Assembly: GCA_026394175.1 (NCBI GenBank)
Contig: JAPKYU010000480.1
Span: 1 to 43,588 of the forward strand
Direction of reading: 5' to 3'
DNA length: 43,588 nucleotides
Source: Acidobacteriota bacterium
Lineage (GTDB): Bacteria; Acidobacteriota; Terriglobia; JAJPHL01; JAPKYU01
Position numbers and translations under genes: made by a program. The stretch's first letter is position 1; each line of letters opens with the position of its first letter. Below are positions 1 to 8,818 of the stretch, piece by piece. The notes under the pieces are model-generated. The model was not told the DNA's origin, made no database searches, and saw only the letters and a list, made by a program, of their open reading frames with translations.

Positions 1-75
1 TGCCGATGAACGGACGGGCCCGGCGCTGCTGTTCCCACCATGGGGAGGGAGCCCGCCACAAGGAGGAACAAGCAC

Positions 76-429
76 ATGAAACGCATCGTGGTTCTGCTGC
101 TGGTACTCTCACTGGCAGCCTTGTCGGCCACGGCACAGAAAGCAGACGAACAGAAAGCCAAGAAGGAGAAAAAGGCAGCCGCAGCCAAGGAGGAGCGCTG
201 GCACGGCATTATCGTGCGCAGCAACGCGGCCAACAATACGATGACGGTCCGCAAGGGCAACATCGAGAAGACGGTGGTCTGGCAAGCCGCGACGAAATTC
301 ACCAAGGACGGCAACAAGCCGGCTGAGGTGGAGGAGTTCACGGACGGCTCCGACGTGATCGTCCTGGGCAAGTACGACGAAAAGGCCAGGCTGGTCGCAA
401 CGCGCATCGATCTGTGGCGCCCCAAGTGA
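76..429 (+). CDS. small secreted protein, function unknown
   Basis: ORF 40..429. AGGAGG at 61-66 lies about 10 nt before ATG 76. That start gives the N-terminus MKRIVVLLLVLSLAALSATAQ (Sec-signal-like), then a Lys/Ala-rich linker and a beta-rich domain. No family recognised. Confidence 0.6.
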   Translation: MKRIVVLLLVLSLAALSATAQKADEQKAKKEKKAAAAKEERWHGIIVRSNAANNTMTVRKGNIEKTVVWQAATKFTKDGNKPAEVEEFTDGSDVIVLGKYDEKARLVATRIDLWRPK

Positions 430-509
430 TCAGGTGGGCGGAGGCAGGTGGCCGGCTGGGGGTTCTGGGTGTGCTTGCCACCCGCAACCTGTGCCCTGCA
501 CGCTGCAAC

Positions 510-782
510 CTACGTGCCGGCGGCCTTGCGGGCCAGCATGGCCAGTGCCCCAAGCACCTTGCCGGGGCCGAGCTGGAGGGGCCGCCCCCCGTGTCGGGCG
601 ACGGCGGCCGCCCCCTCCAGAATAACGAACATGCGGTCGGCCGCCTCGTTTTCCCGGTACAGCGCTTCGCCGGCCGCATAGCCGGCCTCCACGCAAACGG
701 CGGCCACCCGAGCCAGGCTCTCGGTGGGGACATCGGCAGAGACCGCTAGACTGTGACCAAGCGGACTCGCTAATGGGTTCAT
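510..782 (-). CDS. short cyclic-nucleotide-binding-domain-like ORF, probably a truncated remnant
   Basis: 90 aa. GEALYRENEAADRMFVILEGAAAV...LGPGKVLGALAML resembles the core of cNMP-binding domains but ends before the domain is complete. Only 12 bp separate its start (782) from the divergent ATG at 795. Confidence 0.35.
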   Translation of the reverse strand: MNPLASPLGHSLAVSADVPTESLARVAAVCVEAGYAAGEALYRENEAADRMFVILEGAAAVARHGGRPLQLGPGKVLGALAMLARKAAGT

Positions 783-794
783 GGAGATCAGGAA

Positions 795-2069
795 ATGAGA
801 GTCTACACCGAGGCAGTCACTCTGCCGAAAACTGAATTGAGATTGAAGGCGCTGAAAGCGGCCTTCTCATCCTTGAAACATCCGGTCCGTTTCGCGGTCA
901 CGAGCAGCACGGCTGGCGAGTGTTCGTGCGAGATCGACTGTGTTTCGGACATTGCGAACTACGGACTGCCCGAGAGCAGCATTTTTGACTTCACGCCGCG
1001 GCGTTTCGAAGACACGGACCGGTTCAACGCGGTGATGATAATTCCGACGGGAATCGGCGCCAGCATAGGCGGCCACTGCGGGGACGCCAACGCCGTGGCC
1101 CGGCTGCTGGCGTCGGCCTGCGACACTCTCATCACGCATCCCAACGTGGTGAACGCCGCCGACGTGAACGAAATGACGGAGAACACGCTGTACGTGGAAG
1201 GGTCCATCCTGACGCGGTTCATGATGGGCAGCATCGGCCTGCAGAAGGTCAGGAGCAACCGCCTCATGCTCCTGATGGACAAGCACCAGTACAAGGCCTT
1301 CAACGACGGCGCAGCGAACGTGGTGAGTGTCGCCCGGGTGTGTCTGGGGCTGGACTGCGACGTCCTGCAGATGCCCGGCACCACAACCTTCACCTCCGGT
1401 TACACCAAAGCCGGAAGGGCCGCCGGTGAGATCGCACATGCCGAGGAGATCTTCGAGATCGTGGCTTCCTGCCGCTCGAAGTATGACGCCATCGCCTTGA
1501 CCACGCGCATCGAGGTGCCGTTTGAACTGGAGCTTAAGTACTACAAGAGCCCGGACGTCGTGAACCCGTTCGGCGGGATAGAGGCCATGCTGACGCACAG
1601 CCTGGCCACCGCGTTCGACATCCCGTGCGCCCATTCGCCGATGGCGCTGACGCTGACCGGCACGAACGAACTCTTCGAGACCCTGGGCGTGGCTGACCCG
1701 CGCAAGGCCGCCGACGCAATTTCGCGGACGTTTCTGTTTTCCATCCTGAAGGGCCTGCACAAGGCCCCCAGGATCGTCCACGACGGCGGGCTGACCGTGG
1801 CGGACGTGTCCTGCCTGGTGACGCCGGACGGCTGCATCGGCCTGCCGACGCTTGCAGCGCTCGAACAGGACATCCCGGTGATCGCCGTCAGGGAGAACAA
1901 GAACCTGATGCGGAACAACCTCGAGGACCTGCCGTTCAAGCCCGGCAAGCTGTTCGTCGTGGACAACTACTGGGAGGCGGCGGGAATCATGACGGCGCTC
2001 AAGGCGGGAGTCTCCCCGGCCACCGTTCGGCGGCCGCTCCAAGACACCGTGATCAAGGGACGGGAATGA
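795..2069 (+). CDS. DUF3326-family protein (uncharacterised)
   Basis: 424-aa ORF with AGGAA just upstream of the ATG. The motif IIPTGIGASIGGHCGDA matches my recollection of the DUF3326 (PF11805) signature. The family assignment is from memory, not a search. Confidence 0.65.
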   Translation: MRVYTEAVTLPKTELRLKALKAAFSSLKHPVRFAVTSSTAGECSCEIDCVSDIANYGLPESSIFDFTPRRFEDTDRFNAVMIIPTGIGASIGGHCGDANAVARLLASACDTLITHPNVVNAADVNEMTENTLYVEGSILTRFMMGSIGLQKVRSNRLMLLMDKHQYKAFNDGAANVVSVARVCLGLDCDVLQMPGTTTFTSGYTKAGRAAGEIAHAEEIFEIVASCRSKYDAIALTTRIEVPFELELKYYKSPDVVNPFGGIEAMLTHSLATAFDIPCAHSPMALTLTGTNELFETLGVADPRKAADAISRTFLFSILKGLHKAPRIVHDGGLTVADVSCLVTPDGCIGLPTLAALEQDIPVIAVRENKNLMRNNLEDLPFKPGKLFVVDNYWEAAGIMTALKAGVSPATVRRPLQDTVIKGRE

Positions 2070-2087
2070 GAGGGCGCCGGCGCCCTC
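2070..2087. terminator. 18-nt GC-rich perfect palindrome immediately after the DUF3326 stop codon
   Basis: GAGGGCGCCGGCGCCCTC is self-complementary and lies between two convergent genes. There is no U-tract, so a terminator role is uncertain. Confidence 0.25.
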
Positions 2088-2222
2088 GGCAACGATGGGG
2101 AGGCTCCTGCAGGCACCGCCTCCATGCGCACGCCCGGCCTTCGGCGGCAGATGCCTCCCTTTTCCAAGTCCGGGGAGCCGGACAAAGCGCGTGACCCGCG
2201 GGCGCGAGAGACCTGTCCCTCC

Positions 2223-3707
2223 TCAGCGCCACACGGGCTTGTTGGGTTTGAAGTCCGCATTGGAAATGCTGAGCTGCGCCCGGTAGAACCGCCGGCGGAA
2301 GTCGGGTATCTGGTCGTCCTCCACCAGCGACCATAGCTGCAGGCTGGTGTTCTCGTCCATGAAGACTCCGAACGGTTTCTCCACCTGGGCCGCCAGATAG
2401 CGCATCGCGCCCTTGAACCATTCGGCCTCGCCCTCCGGCCAGAACATGTGCTCGGGGCCCAGAGGCTTTGCCATCGGCTTCTCGAGACGGCCGGCGGCAA
2501 TCGTCTCGATGCTCCTTCCCTGAGTCACCGACAGCAGGTACAGGACGTAATCCGTGACGCAGTCGTATGAGTTTAGAAAGCCGGCGATGTCGTCCAGCTT
2601 GGCGCCATCGTGGAAAAGGGAACTGATCACTATGTTGATGGAGACGCGCTGATAACCGGCCTGCTCGAGGTGCCTCAGGCCGGCCAGGAACCCGGGAATG
2701 TCGATTCCCTTGTTGTAGATCTGGTTGCAGATGTGCTCGTCAGGGCATTCCAGACCGAAGGAGATCTTGGAGCATCTCGAGCGCTTCAACAGGCCGGCGA
2801 GTTCCTCGTCGATGGCGATGGCCCTGGATTCCAGGCCGTATTTCGGAATGCCGTCCCCGCAGGCGTTCAGTTCTTTGAGCAGCCCCCGCAGCTCTTCCTT
2901 CCGAATCCCGCTGCCGCCGAGCCAGACGAAAGGGACGCCGCTGGCGTGCATGTGCCGCAGGGCAGAGATAATCTCTTCGTTCGGAAACTTGTAGTAGGCG
3001 GAAGACCCCGAGTAGCTGCGCTCCGCGCAGAAGCTGCACCTGCCGTAATAGCACCCCATGTTGATCGGAACGGTGAGGATCTGCGGGTAGGGATAGAGGG
3101 AGATGTTGGGATGAAACCGCGGCATTCCTAGCGGCGCTTCCTTTCTCGAGGTTATCCAGGGAGTGCCGTTCCGTGAGAAAACCGAGGAAAAACATCTCTC
3201 CACGTCGCCGGAACTCAGCAGTTCCCTAACCTGCGACCGGCCGTCGCCAAAGACGACGATATCGAAGCCCGCGTCGAGCAGGGACGGCGCGATTTCCGGA
3301 TAGTAGTCGAGGATCAGCGCTCCTCCCACCGCGATCGTTGCGTCCGGACGAATGCCCCTGATGAACGCGGCCATGTTCACGGCCAGGGGCTTCAGCCAAT
3401 CGCCGTTCAGCGACACCCCGAAGAGCTTGTAGCCGCGGATCTTGCCGGCATGCGGAGATACGAACCCGGAGAAGGCGTCGAAATCATGCAACCGCTTGAC
3501 TCTCGACTTGAAATCGACGACGTGACCGCACAGCTTGCTCAGGGAGTCGTCGTCCGTTGCCAGCCGGTACCCATCGCCGCAGATCTGTCTCGTGAGGTCG
3601 AGATTGAGGTCCAGAATGTCCACACCCTCTTCCTGCAGGGCGTAGACGGAGGAGGCCGTCTGCAGCCCGTAACCGGGAAGTTGAATCAGCAGCATTCGAT
3701 TGTCCAA
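2223..3707 (-). CDS. radical SAM protein with N-terminal B12-binding-like (Rossmann) domain
   Basis: 494 aa. The cluster motif is MGCYYGRCSFCAE (Cys219/224/227, nt 3027-3053). A flavodoxin-like N-terminal half precedes it (IAVGGALILDYYPE..., DIVVFGDG). Several AGA/AGG/ATA codons are visible, which is atypical for the core genes here. Confidence 0.8.
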   Translation of the reverse strand: MDNRMLLIQLPGYGLQTASSVYALQEEGVDILDLNLDLTRQICGDGYRLATDDDSLSKLCGHVVDFKSRVKRLHDFDAFSGFVSPHAGKIRGYKLFGVSLNGDWLKPLAVNMAAFIRGIRPDATIAVGGALILDYYPEIAPSLLDAGFDIVVFGDGRSQVRELLSSGDVERCFSSVFSRNGTPWITSRKEAPLGMPRFHPNISLYPYPQILTVPINMGCYYGRCSFCAERSYSGSSAYYKFPNEEIISALRHMHASGVPFVWLGGSGIRKEELRGLLKELNACGDGIPKYGLESRAIAIDEELAGLLKRSRCSKISFGLECPDEHICNQIYNKGIDIPGFLAGLRHLEQAGYQRVSINIVISSLFHDGAKLDDIAGFLNSYDCVTDYVLYLLSVTQGRSIETIAAGRLEKPMAKPLGPEHMFWPEGEAEWFKGAMRYLAAQVEKPFGVFMDENTSLQLWSLVEDDQIPDFRRRFYRAQLSISNADFKPNKPVWR

Positions 3708-3779
3708 TGGGCTCTCTCCACCTGTCGCTGGTTCCTCACCGGGCTATATCATAACCATCGAAAGGAAATTGAGAACGTT

Positions 3780-4064
3780 ATTCATCGGCTGGCCGGCCTG
3801 ACCGCCGTCACCGCCTGCACGGTCTGGCTGTACCTACGCTATGGGCGCACCCCGCTGGAAATCATCTCGCCGCGCCTGGACCTGCTGCTGACCGATTACC
3901 TGGCTCTTCCCTGGCGGCACCACTGCCGCGATTGCTCCGCGCGCGCCCACTTCCGCTGCGGGCGTTGCGGCGCTCCGCTCTGCGGCGCGCACTGGCGCCC
4001 CCGCGGCCTTGCCGGCGTTTGCGCAAACTGCTGCCAGGGCGAATCCAGGGGCGCCACCGGGTGA
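3780..4064 (+). CDS. Cys-rich zinc-ribbon/B-box-like small protein with one hydrophobic helix; start codon unresolved
   Basis: This frame of ORF 3450..4064 lies downstream of the radical SAM start. About 80 of 93 codons end in G/C by hand count. It encodes LAGLTAVTACTVWLYL followed by HHCRDCSARAHFRCGRCGAPLCGAHWRPRGLAGVCANCC. There is no ATG/GTG/TTG between 3708 and the stop; only ATT 3780 and CTG 3789 follow an AAAGGAAA stretch. Confidence 0.3.
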   Translation: MHRLAGLTAVTACTVWLYLRYGRTPLEIISPRLDLLLTDYLALPWRHHCRDCSARAHFRCGRCGAPLCGAHWRPRGLAGVCANCCQGESRGATG

Positions 4065-4065
4065 T

Positions 4066-4136
4066 TTGACAGAAGAACTGGCTTTGCTATAAAATGTGTG
4101 CAGAAAGTTGAAAAAACAAAGACTATCTGCACACAT
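4066..4136 (+). promoter_or_regulatory. sigma70-like promoter plus 11-bp inverted-repeat operator candidate for the abiE operon
   Basis: TTGACA (4066-4071), a 16-nt spacer, then TATAAA (4088-4093). A perfect inverted repeat ATGTGTGCAGA (4094-4104) / TCTGCACACAT (4126-4136) is separated by 21 nt. Confidence 0.45.
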
Positions 4137-4725
4137 TAATCCCCGGCGTCCAGACCGGTTGGCCCTCTACCGCCGCGCCGAGCAGCAAGCGGGCTACTTC
4201 ACTGCGAAACAAGCTGCGGTAGCGGGTTTCTCTCGGGACGGGCTATCGAGAAATGCCAGCGCTGGACGTTTCCTTCGCGCCAGCCGGGGCGTATACCGAC
4301 TTGTCCAGTTTCCAGCCTCGCCACTGGAGGATCTGTTCGTGGCCTGGCTTAGGTGCGGCCCGAAATCGGTCATATCGCATGACAGCGCACTTGCTGTGTA
4401 TGACCTTTCAGGAGTGATCCCCGGCGAGGTTCACGTGACAGTGCCTCGGTCGGCGTCGCGGAGACGCCCTGGTATCCGGCAGCACACCAGATCGATCGAT
4501 CCCTCAGAGATAACGATACGGGAGGGCCTGCCTGTCACTTCGGTTCCCCGCACTATCGCTGACGTGGCATCGGCCGGCCTCCCTGAAGAACACGTCGGCG
4601 AAGCAATTCGCGATGCCCTCAAGGAGGGTCTCGTAGGACCCGAACTTCTGCTGAGGGAAGCGCAGAACAGAGGGGGGCGCGCAGCCCGCCTGATCGCGCG
4701 GTTCTTGCGGAACGAGGCGTCGTGA
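4096..4725 (+). CDS. abiEi: AbiEi-family type IV antitoxin / transcriptional regulator
   Basis: The N-terminal wHTH-like segment AGYFTAKQAAVAGFSRDGLSRNASAGRFLRASRGVYRL and the AbiEi-type C-terminal domain fit this family. Its stop overlaps the toxin start (GTGA at 4722-4725). The true start may be TTG 4159, because GTG 4096 lies inside the predicted -10/operator region. Confidence 0.8.
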   Translation: MCRKLKKQRLSAHINPRRPDRLALYRRAEQQAGYFTAKQAAVAGFSRDGLSRNASAGRFLRASRGVYRLVQFPASPLEDLFVAWLRCGPKSVISHDSALAVYDLSGVIPGEVHVTVPRSASRRRPGIRQHTRSIDPSEITIREGLPVTSVPRTIADVASAGLPEEHVGEAIRDALKEGLVGPELLLREAQNRGGRAARLIARFLRNEAS

Positions 4726-5615
4726 AATACTCGACTGCGGGAGCGTTCCGCCAGGCGCTGGAAGAGCGTTTGCGTCAACAGGCGCTCGAGACGGGCATTG
4801 CCATGTTCCGGCTGCGGAAGATGGTTGCGTTCGACCGTCTGCTGGCCCGGCTCGCTGCTCAGGACCGCACATTTTGGATACTCAAAGGGGGGATCCTTCT
4901 CCAGTGGTTGGTGGGTTGGCGAGCCAGGGCGACGAAAGACATTGACGCAGAAGCAAGCAGAACGGTCCCCGTTCCCGTTCTGCATGATCTCCTCCGGCAG
5001 GCTGGCTCCCGCGATCTCGCCGACTGGTTTCAGTTCCAAGTTGGCAGGAGCTTGCCTGCGGCTACTGGCGCTCCGCTGGGCGGCGCCCGCTTCCCAGTCC
5101 TCTGTCGACTTGACGGACGCCAGTTCGAGCGCTTTCACCTTGATGTCGGTCAGGGAGATGTTCTGGTGCAGCCACCGCGCGAAATCTCCGGGCCTTCCTT
5201 GCTTGATTTCGCTGATATACCGCCGGCGCGGGTTTTGTGCTATCCACCGGAGGCGCAAATCGCCGAAAAGTTGCACGCCTACACCCGGCCGTACAGAAGC
5301 GGCGAGAGTAGCCGAGTTCGGGATCTGGCTGACATATTGCTGCTCGCCGCTTTTGCCAGAATGGATGGCCGGCAGCTTCATCGTGCGATTCAAGCGACCT
5401 TTGCGGCCATCAAATCCCATGAGGTTCCGCGGCAATTGCCTGCGCCGCCGGCCGCCTGGAGAGCGCCGTACGGGAGGATTGCCAGGGAACTGATGCTTGA
5501 TTGGAAGACGTTGGAAGAAGCCGCGGACGCAGCTTCGCGATTCCTCAATCCGATTCTGCCAGCGGAAAGGACTGCTGCGAGGTGGCAGCCCGCCAAGTGG
5601 CAGTGGTCGAAGTGA
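4722..5615 (+). CDS. abiEii: AbiEii/AbiGii-family nucleotidyltransferase toxin (DUF1814)
   Basis: 297 aa. The FWILKGGILLQ...RATKDIDAE motif is typical of AbiEii nucleotidyltransferases. It is translationally coupled to abiEi. Confidence 0.85.
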   Translation: MKYSTAGAFRQALEERLRQQALETGIAMFRLRKMVAFDRLLARLAAQDRTFWILKGGILLQWLVGWRARATKDIDAEASRTVPVPVLHDLLRQAGSRDLADWFQFQVGRSLPAATGAPLGGARFPVLCRLDGRQFERFHLDVGQGDVLVQPPREISGPSLLDFADIPPARVLCYPPEAQIAEKLHAYTRPYRSGESSRVRDLADILLLAAFARMDGRQLHRAIQATFAAIKSHEVPRQLPAPPAAWRAPYGRIARELMLDWKTLEEAADAASRFLNPILPAERTAARWQPAKWQWSK

Positions 5616-5643
5616 AGAGCGGGACGGACAGTTCGAAAACGCG

Positions 5644-5667
5644 GAGGCCGCCCCGTAGGGCGGCCTC
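5644..5667 (+). terminator. GC-rich stem-loop downstream of abiEii
   Basis: GAGGCCGCCC / cgta / GGGCGGCCTC forms a perfect 10-bp stem with a 4-nt loop, 28 nt after the stop. No clear U-tract follows. Confidence 0.4.
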
Positions 5668-5854
5668 GCACCCTTCTCCCGAAGGAAAAGGGGGGGTATC
5701 ACAACTCCAAATATGCGCCCCCGGGACGTGCGGTGTCAAGGCCAAATGTTCGCCAGCCAAGCGATAAGCCTGCCCGAGCGCGCCCGCCCAGCCCGGAGTG
5801 ATCCGCGCTATAATCATGGGTTGGCCTCGGCCGCAAGTTCCACACAGGGGACCC

Positions 5855-8818
5855 ATGGGCAACGAAAGCATTCAGGTCCGCGGGGCGCGCGTCCACAACC
5901 TGAAGAACATCAATTTCGAAATCCCCCACAACGCCCTGACCGTGGTGACCGGGGTCAGCGGCTCCGGCAAGTCCAGCCTGGCATTTGACACCGTCTACGC
6001 CGAAGGGCAGCGGCGCTATATCGAGTCGCTGTCCGCCTACGCCCGGCAGTTCCTGGAGCGCATCGAGAAGCCGGACGTGGACGAGATCCTGGGAATCGCG
6101 CCGGGCATTGCCATCCGGCAGAAGAACACCACGCGCAATCCCCGTTCCACGGTGGCCACGGCCACCGAGATTTACGACTACCTGCGGCTGCTGTTCGCGC
6201 GGGTGGGCCGCACCTACTGCCTGGAGTGCGGGGGGCTGGTCAAGAAGGACACGGTGGACGAGGTGGCCGAGCGGGTGCTGGCGCTGGCCCCCGGCAGCCG
6301 TTATTACCTGCTGTTTCCGGTGCGCGGCACGGCCGCGGCCATGGCCGCCAAGCAGGCCCCCGAGCGCCCCGCCCTGGACATGGAGGCCCTGCGCGCCCAC
6401 CTGTTCGACCTGCGCAAGGCCGGCTTCACCCGCCTCTACCAGGATGGCAAGACCTTCGAGTTCTCGACGCCGGAGTCGCTGCTGGACCTCAACTTCACCC
6501 GCGGCGTCTACGTGCTCGTGGATCGGCTGGCGCTGTCCCCTGACCCGGCGCTCCGCCAGCGCATCGCCGACAGCGTGGAAACCTGCTACCGGCAGGCGGG
6601 CGAGGCCATTTTCGAGCCGCAGCGGCATGGCTTTCAGGCTGTGCCCGGCGACGGCGATCCGCAAGAGGCGCACAGCCTGAAGGCTATGCCACTGCGCTTC
6701 AGCGAGCGATTCGAGTGCAAGAGCTGCCACGCGGCCTACGAGGAGCCGGAGCCCCGCCTGTTCTCCTTCAACAGCCCCTACGGCGCCTGCCCGCGCTGCC
6801 AGGGATTCGGCAACGTCATCGATTTCGACATGGACCGGGTGGTCCCCGACAAGTCGAAATCGCTGGAACAGGGGGCCATCGATCCCTGGACCAAGCCCAA
6901 GTACCGCGCCTTCGGCAATGATCTGAAGCGCAAAGCCAGGGCCGCCGGCGTGCGCCTGGATGTGCCCTTCTATCAGCTCACCCCCGAAGAGAAGGAATTC
7001 ATTATCGAGGGCGGGCCGAAGTTCGACGGCATCCGCGGCTTTTTCGATTACCTGGAGCAGAAGAAATACAAGCTGCACATCCGCGTTTTCGTGAGCCGCT
7101 ATCGCGGCTACACGCTGTGCCCGGAGTGCAAGGGGGCGCGGCTGCGGCGGCAGGCCTTACAGGTGCGGATCGCCGACACGGACATCGGCCAGATCGGCCG
7201 CATGACCATCGAGCAGGCGCGCGATTTCTTCTCGCATTTGCGGCTAAGCCCCATGGAAGCGGAGATCGCCGACCGGGTGCTGGAGGAGATCCGGCAGCGG
7301 CTCGAGTTCCTGCACCAGGTGGGGCTGGAGTACCTGACGCTAGAGCGGCTGGCATCGACGCTGTCCTGCGGCGAAGCACAGCGCATCCAGCTTGCCACTT
7401 CGCTGGGATCGCGGCTGGTGGGGGCGCTGTACGTGCTCGACGAGCCCTCCATCGGCCTGCACCCCCGCGACACCAACCGCCTGATCCGGCTGCTGGCCGA
7501 GCTGCGCGATCTGGGCAACACCATCCTGGTGGTGGAGCACGACCCGGACATGATCCGCGCCGCCGATCACCTGCTGGACCTGGGGCCGGGCGCCGGGGAA
7601 CACGGCGGGCGGGTGGTTTTTTCGGGCACCCTGGCGGAGCTGCTGCGCAACGGCACGGCTTTGACCGGGCGCTACCTGAAGGGCGATCTGCACATCCCCA
7701 TTCCCCAGCAGCGCCGCCCGGCCAACCCCCGGCGGCTGCTGAAGATCGTGGGCGCGTTCGCCAACAACCTGAAAAGCATCGATGTCACCATCCCGCTGGA
7801 AACCATGGTGGCCGTCACCGGCGTTTCGGGCTCCGGCAAATCGACGCTGGTGCACAGCGTGCTGTACGAGGGGCTGCAGGCGCTGCGGGCCATGAAGCCG
7901 CGGCTGCCGCGTCCGCCGGCCGAGCTGCGCCAGCGCGCCGCCGAAACCGCCGGGGAACCGCAAGAGCCGGCGCCGGCGCCCCGCCTCAACTGTGCCCGCG
8001 TCGAGGGCGCCAACCTGATCCGGGACGTGGCGCTGGTGGATCAATCGCCGATCGGGCGCACGCCGCGCTCCAATCCCATCACCTACATCAAGGCCTTCGA
8101 TGCCATCCGGGAGCTGTTCGCCGCCACGCCCGACGCCGCCAAGCGCGGCTACACGCGCACCCATTTCTCCTTCAATATTCAGGGCGGGCGCTGCGAAGCC
8201 TGCCAGGGCGCCGGCACCGTTACCGTGGAGATGCAGTTCCTGGCCGACGTCGAGCTGGTCTGCGAGGAGTGCAACGGAAAGCGCTTCAAGAGCGGAGTGC
8301 TCGAGATCCGTCATAACGGCCGCAACATCGACGACGTACTGCAAATGACGGTGCGCGAGGCGCTGGGCTTCTTTTCCGGCATCCCCAAGATCGTGAACCG
8401 CCTGAAGGTGCTCGAGGACGTGGGCCTGGGCTACCTGCGCCTGGGCCAGTCGGCTACGACGCTGTCCGGCGGCGAGGCGCAGCGCGTCAAGCTGGCCGCC
8501 CACCTGGCCGCGCACAACGCCGAGCGCACCCTCTACATCTTCGACGAGCCGACCACCGGCCTGCACTTCGATGACATCGGCAAGCTGCTGAACGCCTTCC
8601 GCCGCCTGCTGGACCAGGGAGCCAGCATCCTGATCATCGAGCACAATTTAGAAGTGATCAAATCCGCCGACTGGGTGATCGACCTGGGCCCGGAGGGCGG
8701 CGAGCGGGGCGGCCAGGTGGTTGCGGCCGGCACACCGGAAACCGTGGCCCGCTGTCCCCAGTCCTATACTGGTAAGTTCCTGGCGCAGGTTTTTCACATG
8801 CGCAACCAAAAGAAGTGA
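5855..8818 (+). CDS. uvrA: excinuclease ABC subunit A
   Basis: [19 protein letters not shown]...[35 protein letters not shown], with two ABC modules and zinc-finger Cys clusters. ATG 5855 was chosen over the ORF start 5798 because of the conserved N-terminus and the upstream ACAGGGGA. TATAAT lies at 5809-5814. Confidence 0.97.
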   Translation: MGNESIQVRGARVHNLKNINFEIPHNALTVVTGVSGSGKSSLAFDTVYAEGQRRYIESLSAYARQFLERIEKPDVDEILGIAPGIAIRQKNTTRNPRSTVATATEIYDYLRLLFARVGRTYCLECGGLVKKDTVDEVAERVLALAPGSRYYLLFPVRGTAAAMAAKQAPERPALDMEALRAHLFDLRKAGFTRLYQDGKTFEFSTPESLLDLNFTRGVYVLVDRLALSPDPALRQRIADSVETCYRQAGEAIFEPQRHGFQAVPGDGDPQEAHSLKAMPLRFSERFECKSCHAAYEEPEPRLFSFNSPYGACPRCQGFGNVIDFDMDRVVPDKSKSLEQGAIDPWTKPKYRAFGNDLKRKARAAGVRLDVPFYQLTPEEKEFIIEGGPKFDGIRGFFDYLEQKKYKLHIRVFVSRYRGYTLCPECKGARLRRQALQVRIADTDIGQIGRMTIEQARDFFSHLRLSPMEAEIADRVLEEIRQRLEFLHQVGLEYLTLERLASTLSCGEAQRIQLATSLGSRLVGALYVLDEPSIGLHPRDTNRLIRLLAELRDLGNTILVVEHDPDMIRAADHLLDLGPGAGEHGGRVVFSGTLAELLRNGTALTGRYLKGDLHIPIPQQRRPANPRRLLKIVGAFANNLKSIDVTIPLETMVAVTGVSGSGKSTLVHSVLYEGLQALRAMKPRLPRPPAELRQRAAETAGEPQEPAPAPRLNCARVEGANLIRDVALVDQSPIGRTPRSNPITYIKAFDAIRELFAATPDAAKRGYTRTHFSFNIQGGRCEACQGAGTVTVEMQFLADVELVCEECNGKRFKSGVLEIRHNGRNIDDVLQMTVREALGFFSGIPKIVNRLKVLEDVGLGYLRLGQSATTLSGGEAQRVKLAAHLAAHNAERTLYIFDEPTTGLHFDDIGKLLNAFRRLLDQGASILIIEHNLEVIKSADWVIDLGPEGGERGGQVVAAGTPETVARCPQSYTGKFLAQVFHMRNQKK

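Noticed and set aside
6-326. 106-aa ORF overlapping the small secreted protein gene in another frame.
   Set aside because: It is Arg/Gly/Gln-rich nonsense-like sequence. The alternative frame has a strong SD and a signal peptide.
3834-4136. Minus-strand ORFs 3834-4136 and 3896-4132 as possible radical SAM-associated peptides.
   Set aside because: They are antisense to the better-supported Cys-rich plus-strand frame, run across the abiE promoter/operator, and have no SD or recognisable features.
4431-5702. 423-aa ORF antisense to abiEi/abiEii.
   Set aside because: It has no recognisable domains and a low-complexity composition. The sense strand encodes a complete, coupled AbiE pair.
5699-7078. 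Long antisense ORFs opposite real genes. Examples are 5699-7078(-), 7340-8644(-), 22911-25049(-), 27391-28650(-), 29115-30422(-), 30317-31918(-), 32838-34898(+), 34950-36380(-), 36343-38007(-), 42423-43559(-), 14038-15177(+), 15844-16773(+), 16770-18152(+), 18133-19419(-) and 18351-19583(+).
   Set aside because: Each overlaps a gene with clear family signatures on the other strand. Their translations are Arg/Gly/Ala/Pro-rich low complexity, typical of shadow frames in high-GC DNA.
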